Positions 49,353-60,535 of a stretch of DNA of 64,000 nt are shown piece after piece. The notes under the pieces were generated by a model. That model was not told the origin of the DNA. It made no database searches and worked only from the letters and a program-made list of their open reading frames with translations. The first letter of the stretch is position 1. Every line of letters starts with the position of its first letter. This DNA comes from Azolla caroliniana (Eukaryota; Plantae; Polypodiophyta): the NCBI GenBank assembly GCA_043228905.1, contig JBHGNT010000014.1, positions 14,756,001 through 14,820,000 of the forward strand. Reading direction: 5' to 3'. Made by a program: the position numbers and the translations under genes.

Positions 49353-51154
49353 GTATCTAGTGTTAATTCACATACGCAGGTTCTTCACCATCACAGACGT
49401 TGTCTGCTCTTCCGCATTGACGGCCTTGTCCCCAACAAGACAGAGATGGCGAGACTGGATGGCGACGAACAGGATCGGAACAGGATCGGATTGAATTGGT
49501 TGGGACAAACGGATTGGTTGGTTGATCGCGGTGCATGGTGTTTTGAAGATTTTCGGTGTAAATAGAAGACCAAAAGCCTAGTAGTATTTTGTGTTTTAAA
49601 AGGGATGTGAGCAAGGCTTGAACCTTGCACCTCCAAGTTGAAAGTCAATCAACTTACCAGTAAGCCAAGTCATATCTTCAAAAACTTTACTTTGATCATT
49701 TTACATGTAAATTCTCATACATAAGAGCTTGAATGAGTGACATGGTTATCATGTAACACATGTAATACATGAGCGCCAAATGGCAAACATGCATCTCATG
49801 CATGTCTTGCACCCTCACAAGCATCATGTGCATGGGGGCATCTATAAAAGAGTGGATGGAGAGGAAAAACGGGTCATGTATGAATCAAGAAATTAAGGGA
49901 AAGAAAATTCGTTATCCCATTTTTGTGATGTATTAATCTTGTCTCTGAATCTAAAATCAAGCGTTCTATCTTATCTCAATCTCTCTCTCTTCCAATCTAT
50001 CTTAAATACTTTCTCGCTAAAGCTTGTGCAAACTTCGAATCCTTTCGGTCCAGAACCCAGGCGGTTCCACCTCACGATCCGCACGTAGTGACGGATCTTC
50101 ACGACAACATAATTCGTGAGTTGTCGACTAGTGGAAGCCGACTCACACATATTCTTTTGGCACTATTCTTCGCGGTGGCCGACTTTGCCGCAATATCCGC
50201 ATCCGATTGAGGTTTGTTGGCTCGAACTGGAATGGTGGCTCCCCCTTCTTCCGAAGGTTCCTCGATGACCTCCATCTTGTTGCCGTAATTGAGAGTTGTT
50301 TTCGTAAATTAGACCTTGTCCGCCTCGTCCTTGGCCGAATCGGCCTCTTCTTGCACGGTCGTGTCCTCTTCCTCCGTCTGAATGCGTGTAGAGCATGTGG
50401 CCTTTTGAGGCGTTGCTCCTTGTTCAAACATGATTTTCTTCGACCAACAAAATGGATTGAAGATCGAAGAAGGAGGGCGGATTCTCTCGCGCTAGTACGG
50501 CGGCCGCATCGCACTAAACCGTGGTGCAAGGCCGTCGAGGCATATTTGCACCATTTTGTCATCCTCCACATTGACGCTTATCAAGCCGAGTGCATCACAA
50601 AGGTCCTTGATCTTCAAGGTGTAGCTTGTGATGGAAATATCCCGTTGTTGGATGTTGTTCAACTCTTGGTGGAGTTGAAGCTTTCTCACGGTTGTGTTGG
50701 TGGCAAAGATCTTTCGTAGATTCTCCCACGCTTCCTTCAACATCTCGGCTTCTCGAATGTAGCCGAGCATGTGGTCGTGAACACATGTCACCAAGCAATA
50801 CATCATTTGGCTTGCCGCTTACTCCCAAGTTGCATAGTCGGCGTCTTTCGGGTAGGGTTAGTTTTCTTGTGCTCCCTTGATGTAACCCCAATATCCTTGG
50901 ACGACAAGGTATTGGTGCATCTTGTACTCCCAAGATGCGAAGTTGTTTCGGTCCAACTTCTCGGTAGGGAGAGAGAGTATTCCCCATTTAACTATTCATT
51001 ATCGATTAAGCTTCCTTTCTTCTTTTCCTTCTCTCTTGAACACGAGCTATGTAGTGGTACTACGATAATGATGAACCGGTTCTTGTCGAACGTTGGCGTA
51101 GAACACAACACACGCGGATGGGCTAGATCGAGCTACCAAACCACTCTGATACCA

Positions 51155-51207
51155 TGTAAAGAATCGATAGTGATTCTTGTGCAGCGGAATAGACGAGAGA
51201 TATGTGT

Positions 51208-51248
<41 letters not shown>

Positions 51249-51791
51249 AACAGGATAGATAGATTTGAACAACAATAGAATACTCAAGACGATGTATATT
51301 ACAAAGGAGATTAACCGAACTTAATATGAAGTATGAGAAGGGTGCTTTATATAGAGTCACCCTCTCTCTTCATTAAATTACAACAACCTATCTCTCTCTT
51401 GGGGAATGTGAAAACTCATAGTCATGGAGATATGTGTTGTGAGTGAGTGTGTGTGTGTGTGTATAAGAGAGAGAGAGAGAGAGAGAAACAAGATAGATAG
51501 ATTTGAACAACAATAGAATACTCAAGACGATGTATATTACAAAGGAGATTAACCAAACTTAATATGAAGTATGAGAAGGGTGCTTTATATAGAGTAACCC
51601 TCTCTCTTCATTAACTTACAACAACCACTCTCTCTCTCTTGGGGAATGTGAAAACTCATAATCATGGGGAATACGATTCTATGACACATAGTTTAATGTG
51701 TAGAGAGTGGTATGACTCTTGACTTTTGCATGCACATAGATTCTCAAAGGTGTGTTCACACGTTGTACTATGTTGAGCTTGATTCTCAACA
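51155..51791 (-). repeat. 5' LTR of copia C with an internal ~235-bp tandem duplication
   Basis: tgtaaag..gattctcaaca termini as in copia B; ~51196-51426 repeated at ~51427-51666. Confidence 0.85.
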
Positions 51792-53669
51792 CAATGTAAC
51801 TCATTACAAAAGGAATTATTTATTTCTTCGTGATTGTTACATAGGCAAGGAAAGGAAAAACGGAGATAGTATTTCAATCATTTGTTTCTAATAAGGGTTG
51901 TTGAAGTGAGCAATGGAACTATTATGGAATCTCAAAAGGTTATTAGAGTTTGATGACTCTAAAAGATGGTTATGCAATCCAACAAATCTAGTTTTATTTA
52001 GAAAAACTTGCAAAGCAATAGCAATATTACAAGGATGTTTAAGTTGCGAGAGGTAACCACTTGAACAATAAGGGTAAGGGTGTAAAGCTAATTAGGGGTG
52101 TTTCCATTACAAGGTTGATCATTGTAAAAAAACTCTTCTTATATCAAGATTTCAATATTTTAGGAAATTATTGTAGGTTGAGGGAATATATATTTCACCA
52201 TCATGCTTTAGAAATTTTCACTTGATGAAAGGATGATAATGGTTCCCTTACAGTTTGTATTTGTTCAAGGATTGCTAAGGAATATTCGGATCGAAAATCA
52301 TATTATTGAGCAAGAATTCTATGTATAAATATGCATGGTTTTGTTGGAGGTGGAATTTAGATCCAATGTTTTAATTATTCCCCATCGACAAGCTTACCCC
52401 ATGAGGGTTGCAATGGAATTTTTGGGTAGAAAGTTTGAGTGCTAGTGTGAATATGGTACAAGAAAAACTTTAACAATAATAGGATTCAAACAAGCACCTC
52501 CAATTTTTGTAAAATCTAACCCTTTCAATTGGATGACACTCATGCCAAAGCAAAGGTAGGAAAAGGGAAAAAAATTCCCCCCAAAAGAAAAGAGGAACCT
52601 ACAATGAATTCGTCCTTAGATCCTTGTTGGGACCTAGGTCTCAAAGGACATACAATAGCTTGGGTTTGAACACTAGTTCGACTTTAGTTAAGGCGAAAAC
52701 CATCTTTAAGTGGCCTATAAGAGGAAGAGAGATGAACACCTCTCTGTTGTTCGCTTAGAAGCAACAAGAGGAAGGAAGGACAATAGGAGGAGGAGAAACC
52801 GTCAAGATGACCTAACAACTACTATTGGTGCTGCTAGTTGGTGTCAATGATGGAGACACAATGCCAAACTTGTAGTTATGTGGTCTTGAGCCTAGGTTTC
52901 TGTTAAGAGTCTATTACTAATCAATAGACCAAATCAAGTAAAAAGGAAGAAAATAGATTGGATAGAAGAACCCGTTCCACCCGACCACCCCCGAGCTATG
53001 ATCTAGACATAGCCAACCTACCACCAACGTCCCATACCGCCGGATATTAGGATGACTAATACCTTGGAAGAGATAAACACGATCGTCGAGACGAAAGCCT
53101 AGCCCGCACCACCGGTGTCTACGACAGCAGCCTTCCGACGTGATGATTCCTATGAGGGTAGCTAAGCCTCATATTTATACCTTTTCCTAGGCCCCTTGAA
53201 TAGATGTGCCTTTCTAAAAGGCTCTCTATTCATTGGTTGTCTAAATCATGATAGTGCATGCACATATCATTCATTCTATCCAATCATTAGTCCCCTTTTA
53301 ATAATAGTGAACATACCCTTCACTAATGTAAATATTAGTGACCTACCCTCACCAACGTTATGTGTACATAACAGTTTCAAACACATACACCTACCTTTTC
53401 CCCCTATTAATCTCCCCCTCCCCCTCCCCCCCCACACTTTTAGGGTGTGTTCGCATGAACCAACTTGATGAGGTGACATCACAACAAGCTATTGCAACTC
53501 CTTAGTGATAAACCATCTTCCTTGGTTCGGGTTGGGGGTGGTCCCACTCATATTTCATACTGTATGTACATTTTCGTGACACCGTAGAATCACTTTCTCG
53601 GGTCTTGTTTCTAGTTGTAGAATACTTAACATACAGATTTGCTTAGTAGATGTATACTAAATACTCTAA

Positions 53670-54668
53670 AAGCATAGATTGACATATTCTCATTTGTGGG
53701 GCCTCCCCCACGAATGCTTATGAATCAGAATACGAATACAAGTAATAATATTAGTTCTTTTCTTTTTTTGAAAAAAAAAATCGTATTTCTTAACGCTAGC
53801 TAGTGAGCGAGCAACACAAAACAGTGAGCGAAGAGGCCACACCCTGCATCTTGTACTTGATTCTTACACCCTCGCCTCGCTTCCCCTTGCATCCTGTTCT
53901 CGGCCTGCAAATTAGGGTTTCGGCTGAAAACCCTAATTTCAGTTAAAACCCTAATTTCGACCATATTTCTTCTTTTCGGCTTGCATCCTCGCCTCCCCCT
54001 CATTCTCTGAGTGTCACTTACATATTATTCTCAGCCTCCAAACCTAGAGTGGTGATGAAACCCTAAATTTGGCTAAAATTAGGAGCCCTCATTAATTAAT
54101 TAATTAATTAATTATGAATTAATTAATTTTTTAGTAAATTAATTCATTATTAATGAATTAAATAATATTTTAATTCTTAAAACCCTAATTTTTTGTAAAA
54201 TTAGGAACCCTAATAAATTGATTGTTCGTGAATTAATTAATGTTTTAGTAAATTAACTCATTATTAGTGAATTATTAATATTTTAATTCTTAAAACTCTA
54301 ATTTTGGCTAACATTAAGAACCCTAATTAATTAATTAATCGTGATTTAATTAATAGTAAATTAATCCATTATTAGTTAATTAATTAATATTTTAATTTTT
54401 AAAACCCTATTTTTGGTTGAAATTAGGAACCCTAATTAATTAATTATTAATGAAATAATTAATATTTTTAGTAAATTTATTCATTATTAGTTAATTGGTT
54501 AATATTTTAGTGAATTAATTATTTTTTTAGCAAATTGATTATTTTTTATTATGTAAATTAAAAAAGAATGGTTCTGTAATATTCTTGGGGTCATTTTGTA
54601 TTCTCGAATATCACGAATATTATATATGACGAATACGAAGAATATCACGCATGGGTCAATCTATGCTT
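53670..54668. mobile_element. ~1-kb non-autonomous TIR element/MITE with an AT-rich internal tandem array
   Basis: Perfect 14-bp inverted repeat aagcatagattgac/gtcaatctatgctt; cgaata-type subterminal motifs; ~120-bp units with AAACCCTAA at 54055-54560; no clear TSD. Confidence 0.6.
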
Positions 54669-54929
54669 AGAATACATCTTCTACATATAAAATATGTTAA
54701 ATGTGTAGAATAGGAGCATAATACGTTAAATACTTCTCACATCTTAAAGTTTTTTTAGAAATATATTTTTTGGATACTTGTTAAACACGTGGAATACTTA
54801 GCATACATATGTGAAACCTTTTAAAATGGCATTTCTAAAATGGCAAAATACATGTAGAATACTTCAAAGTATTCTAATAAATGTAAAATACACGCTTTTA
54901 ATAACAATGCTTTCATCTAGAGCACAAAA

Positions 54930-55420
54930 GGAATTGAATGTACGCAAGTATGGTGGAGAGTAGTGGAAATGTTGCAACACAGTTGGCATTCTCAATATCC
55001 ATTTCCATTCAAGATTTTCATTTGGAGAGTGACAAGGTCCAAACACCAAGTGGAGAGGGTTGACATCAAGTGCATGCTTCTTTTGTATTGTTCAATTGGA
55101 AGACAATAAACATCTATTTATTCAATGCCCTATTGCACATGCTTTGGAAATATTAATCGAAAATATAACAAGTTTTGTCTATTGTTACATGATGCCTAAA
55201 CTATCACAATGGATCTTTAATCAATATTTGAAAAATGGACCAAAGGATAAGATGGAAATCATGTTCCTATTTGTAAGGTATTTAGTTTTCAACATAATTG
55301 AAATATGTACAATTCTTTCATGTTTGATGGTAGACATGGAGTAAATGTATATATTGGAAAGTTAAAAAGCGTATCTATGTGGCAATTGTGGATGTTAGAA
55401 TATGTGGGGATTGTTTAATC
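54930..55420 (+). mobile_element. old L1-type LINE 3' remnant (zf-RVT)
   Basis: CFFC..LEDNKHLFIQCPIA motif. Confidence 0.55.
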
Positions 55421-56259
55421 ATTTCATTTGTTCTCAACTTTTTTCAAGACACTACGGAATGTCCATCTACCTATGTAGTGAGGGCAACAATATTATAATG
55501 GTGGTTTTTGCATACAATCGATTTAATTATGTGGTTTATCAAGAGAGAGAATATAGAATAGAATGAGGCCAATTTTGACCTATGGGACCAAATCAAAGTA
55601 TCAACTTGTGTCGTGTCTTGGGGTCCCTAAACCTTGCCACGGTTCGTGATTGCGCCACGTTTCATGACTCAAGAACCTCGCTACGACCCTCGAATCATGG
55701 TTGAGGGGAGATTCATGTCTTGGGGTCCCTGAACCTTGCCACGGTTCGTGATTGCGTCACGTTTCACATGCCTCATTCCTAAGAAGGGGAGTTACTATTT
55801 TGTAATAAAAACTCTCAATGTGAAAATAATGCACACACATATCTGCTCACCCCTGAGTATGTCACTCACATTATCATGCTTGTCTAACAAGTTATCATGT
55901 TTCTCAAGAATTACCTTATACATCGAGCATGCAATAAGTAGGCGATATTAATCCTCCACTAGGTTTTCATTGCATACATTGCATATATTTGTGTTTGCGT
56001 GATGACTCTATGATACTACCTCAAAACCTAACTTGTGTGTGCGAGTTCGAAGAAGTGTTAATGCTCTTTGAGAGCCAAGACAACCTAAAACTGTAATGAG
56101 TTATCAAGGTAATATTTATAAACCCTTTGGACTCTCCTAAGTGTGGAAGGGTCATTGTTGTCATTTAGTTAAATAGGGAATAACTATAAACTTGAACTTA
56201 TAAACCTTATGTAAGGGATTTCCATAGAGCTAGAGCTTAAGTTTCTCTTTCTCTCTCTC

Positions 56260-57760
56260 ACCATTGGTGTAAAACAAGGTTGCTCTCTATCAACGGCTCT
56301 TTTTATGATCTACATTGATGAGATCACGGATTTCATTACTCGTAAGGGAGGTAACGGAGTAGTCCTTGGGGGTATGCAAGTTAGTATCTTGCGCTATGGA
56401 GACAACATAGTTTTGTTCTTTGAGTCTGAACATGATCTACATGTATGTATCCGTGGTTTGGGCTCCAGGGCTACCATCTTTTATGTGGATGCAATGAGAG
56501 ACCATTGGTGTCGATGTTATCACATCAACTCCAAAGAAAATCAACAATACCACATGACATTATTAGAGTTATGTTCACTTTAACCCCAATGTTAGTAGAA
56601 GCACTTTTTCAACTTGTAGTCTTTATTCATAGGATACATAGCCAACCACAAGATAGGATATCTCGTCAAGCTTTTGAGGCCTCTCAATCACTCTATGAGT
56701 CCGGATATACTAGCTCCTGGTATAGCATGATAGTGAGTTGGCTTCTTGCAAACGACCTAGACATTAATAACCTACCTCCCCTTAGGTGCAACCACGAGAT
56801 TGATAAAACTTTGATCTCTCATGAGGACCATAATAAAGTAATACACCAAGAAATATGGCAAATTTACACTCAATATAAATGGATCACCCCACTAGAGCCA
56901 CTCCCATCTAGAATGTTGTACTATAAAGAACGCTTCATGCACTTCTCTAAGTTAGGTTTTATTAAACACAACCAAAATATCTAGATACATTCTTACCAAA
57001 TGCACTAAGGGTTACCATTGGACAACTTAGAATATCATCTCACAAACTTGAGATTGAGAATGGTCATACTAATGGAGTCCCTAGAGAAGGAAGGATATGT
57101 AGATTATGTCACATAGAGATAGAGGTTGAGTACCACTTTACATGCAAGTGTCCAACTTATGCCGAGATAAGGGCAAAATAGCAAGACATACTCCGACCCT
57201 CTCCAAACTATTAGATACAGTCTCTAGATATAAAGAAATTAGGCAAATATATCGTAGAGCTAAAACAGCATAGAGAGAATAATCTAAAAAATGTTAAAAA
57301 TAACTTTAAATCTAATATTCAACAACATGTAACCAATCAAGTTTTTCAAGGACCGGGGGAGATGATGAATGTGGACACACTTGCACCACTCGGCCTCTTC
57401 CTTGATGAAGCAAAAACCAAAGAAGAACAAAACGCCCTCGGAGGTCGGGTTTCAAAGCAATTCAACGTGGTGTAGACGCAATTAAGAAAGTAAGGGTACG
57501 TGAGCTACATAGCCTAGAAGCCATGGTTGGGGTACCTTCTACATCGAGACCACGTGTCACACCCACATTGAAACCCTTTGACCTCCTGCTTCTTTTCGAG
57601 AGACTTGGATGGAAATGAAACTAGGCCTAGTACAAAATCATTTCTAGAACTCTTTTAGCTTAAGTTCTATTCTATTTATTTTATTTTCAATGATTGGGTA
57701 AAGACCCTATTTTGTTGTAAACCAATCGTCTCATGGGCCAATTTTGGCCTTACAAGACGT

Positions 57761-57764
<4 letters not shown>
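56260..57764 (+). mobile_element. 5'-truncated non-L1 LINE (RTEX-like, inferred) flanked by (CT)n
   Basis: IGVKQGCSLSTALFMIYIDE..ILRYGDNIVL; C-terminal LRISSHKLEIENG...REGRICRLC...EYHFTCKCPTYAEIR; 3' stem-loop followed by (CT)n at 57764-57821. Confidence 0.8.
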
Positions 57765-57823
<59 letters not shown>

Positions 57824-57949
57824 TAAGAAAAAAAGTCATTAATCATACAAGTTATGAGCCTAACCCTTGTAACCTTAATAACTTGTAACTACTTTAAGCA
57901 AACTAATGGAAGCTAGTCTGAGTAGGTGGCTTCTTATCTCTTCCTTCGT

Positions 57950-60460
57950 CTAAAAAAAGTGTGGAAACATGGTACAATTTATTTTATGGTTAAGCACAAA
58001 GTCTTGTATTGTAAGTGTGATTAAGTTGAAGGGTGATTTTAGAGTTTTCTTTAGTTGTTAATGAACACGCACCTAACCCGAGGGAGATTGGGAATCGCCT
58101 TGCTCAAATTGCCAACAAAAGCTTGGTAGATGGTGATACATTCGTCTACAAACTTGAAGGCGATTCTCATCAAGAACACCCAAGTAAGATGTCACCTTTG
58201 GTAAGGATGCCAAAAGATGTTGCATCGTTGTTGGTAAAACCATTGTTCAAAGCTAGTAGCGAGCTTTTCGTAAACTCCCACAATTATGTATGGGTTAAGT
58301 AAGAGGTGAAGAAGAACCACCTCCGAACCTTAATTTTGACATTCATAGTGTTGTTTTTCATATTCATGTTCCTATCACAATTTTCATTAGCAATCACGAT
58401 TAATGAGCCCTAGTGTTCACATTTGTTAAACATGTCCATTTTTTGAGGTGAAGAAGAACCACCTCTGAACCTTAATTTTGACATTCCTAGTGTTGTTTTT
58501 CATATTCATGTTCGCATCACAATTTTCATTAGCAATCACGATTAATGAGCCCTAGTTTTTACATTTGTTTAATATGTCCATTTTTTGAGGGGAAGAAGAA
58601 CCACCTCCGAACCTTATTTTTTGGCATTCCTAGTGTTGTTTTTCATATTCATGTTCCCATCACAATTTTCATTGGCAATCACAATTAATGAGCCCTAGTG
58701 TTCACATTTGTTTAACATGTCCATTTTTTGAGGGGAAGAAGAACCACCTCTGAACCTTAATTTTGACATTCCTAGTGTTGTTTTTCATATTCATGTTCCC
58801 ATCACAATTTTCATTAGCAATCGTGATTAATGAGCCCTCGTGTTAAGAGAAGCTATGTAGACGATGAACGTGTCCATTTTTTGTTTAACGGTCCATTGTT
58901 TGAATCATGATTAATCGTTTTCATAATTAACTTACATATTGTAAAGCATACACATAACTATCGATGAATACTAATTAGTATTTAAGGGTAATAACTATAT
59001 TCTCTTTCCAAGGCAATCTAGTCATAGAACAAAGCATATTAGTACATTCAAAAGATTCAAGTGTACATTTGATGAACCAATGTGTAGAGGGTCAAATGGT
59101 CAATAGGCATCACGTTGACTTTGTTTATAACCTCTCACTTGCTTGTGTCATGGATACACTTGCTACTAATTATGTATGGGTCAAACACGTAATAAGAACC
59201 ATCAAGTTGACCTTAGCTCATAACCTCATGATTGCTTCAGTCATGCATATAAAAGTTTTTTTATATGCAGACAACATGTTGCCAATTGTGTAAAGGATCA
59301 TATTAGTGAATATGACCCATTGTGTTAACCTTGGTTCATTACATCCAAACCAATTTTGTCATTTAGACAATAACAACAATTGTGTTGAGCCTTTAAACAT
59401 CTCCCATCGTGTGTGCATTAACATGACAACCACAACCATCTTGTGGAGCTCAATGTCAACCAATCGGTTGAGACTTGAAAACCTCACTAATAATCATTAT
59501 ATTGAGGTTCACTTCCAACCATCATGTGGAGTTTTCTAATAGTTTCCACCTTTCACAACACCCAAGGGCTTTCATAGTGTGGACTTTAGCTACAACACCC
59601 AACTTGAACTATCACATGGAACCATAAACAACTATGGCCTCATGGTGACCACTTGACCATATTTGTACATATGTATGAACTAAAAAATAAAGAAAATAAT
59701 CACATTACACATAGAGGTGCACACATATGACACATTAACACACACCTAGAATACATTCTTTCCAGTGCACTCACACGAACTAAAAAAGGAAAATCAAGGT
59801 AAGGCCACAAGGGGAGCTCTAACTTTTGTAGTGTTGTTGCTAGCAAGTTGAAGTTTGCATGTTGTAGGCATCCCCCATTGAGTACATGCAAACGTCTTAC
59901 ATCAAAGTCTTTAGAGAGTATAGCAATGGTAGTTGTGGCATAAGTCTAGTTGGTCATGTTTGAGTTCCACATCGTTGTTATAAGTGTTTCTCACAAAGTT
60001 GATAGGGTGATCATCTTGAATACGCATGCAATTCTTCATTGATCTTCATCTCTTCAGCCAACAACTAGGAGACAATGCCTTTGTAGGCATTTAAGTGGGT
60101 AAGAATTGACTCATATTCTTTTATATGAAGATTGTAGAGCCTTTGAATGATATATAACTTCGTCAATGCGGCTTATGAATGTATTGTGAAGTACACTTAT
60201 TTGGAGAGGTGCATACAAATGGTTGCTTTGGCTAGACGATTAAGTTTGTATCATTCTGTAGCCACTTGGCCAATGTCAATTCATTTTCGATTGAACCTAA
60301 CTATCATTTTACGACAATATAATCTTGCATTTGCTCATTCCTAGATCCATCGAATTTCCTTTGATACATGAGCATCGATTCTAACGTCTTTCCTTTTTTT
60401 GACAAACCAGAAGTTGAGTCGAGACTTGAAGGTTGAGTTACAACCAAAGGCCAATTGAGC
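57950..60460 (-). mobile_element. highly degraded Ty1/copia gag-pol remnant
   Basis: Minus-strand KLNRLAKATICMHLSK*VYFTI (~60250-60185) and ESILTHLNAYKGIVS (~60113-60070) resemble copia F gag. Confidence 0.55.
58303..58843. repeat. ~142-bp tandem repeat, ~3.8 copies
   Basis: gagg.gaagaagaaccacctc.gaacctta at ~58303, 58445, 58587 and 58729. Confidence 0.93.
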
Positions 60461-60535
60461 ATAAAGATTAAGGGGAGAATTTGATAACAATACTATTTGT
60501 TTGAGTCGCCTTGTAGGAGGGAAGCAGTTTGGATT

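Larger units (their letters stand above)
34583..49437 (+). mobile_element. Ty1/copia element F inserted in the 3' LTR of E; gag split by gypsy G; N-terminal RT deleted
   Basis: LTRs 34583-34890 and 49100-49437, TSD agacg/agaca, PBS tggtatcaaagc 34893-34904, PPT before 49100; gag ~35476-35944 and 45810 onward, LLDSGAS, LRTDNGGEF, IYVDDM, RPDIS, AISWKSK, KHIDVRYHF. Confidence 0.93.
22870..50106 (+). mobile_element. non-autonomous gag-only LTR element E (TGTCG group) carrying nested insertions
   Basis: 5' LTR 22870-23983; PBS 23992-24006; 3' LTR split into 34155-34582 and 49443-50106; PPT-like tggtgggggtgga before 34155; flanks gcgt/acat; no PR/RT/IN. Confidence 0.9.
16201..51791 (-). mobile_element. 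Ty1/copia element C, split by nested insertions into 16201-17744, 21729-22869 and 50107-51791; RNase H and 3' LTR lost
   Basis: RT (KARLVAKGY, QMDVKNAFL, LYGLKQAPRAW), integrase continuous across 17744/21729, protease WFVDSGAS, gag 50107-50987, PBS 51143-51154, LTR 51155-51791. Confidence 0.88.

Noticed and set aside
51800-53560. Possible LINE ORF1 or gene remnant
   Set aside because: Too degraded; no motif I can support
55609-55770. TGTCGTG start and a ~50-bp duplicated motif suggesting another LTR of the TGTCG group
   Set aside because: No matching CGACA end, PBS or TSD could be located
58303-58843. Possible repeat-spacer array
   Set aside because: Whole units are near-identical; a simple tandem repeat
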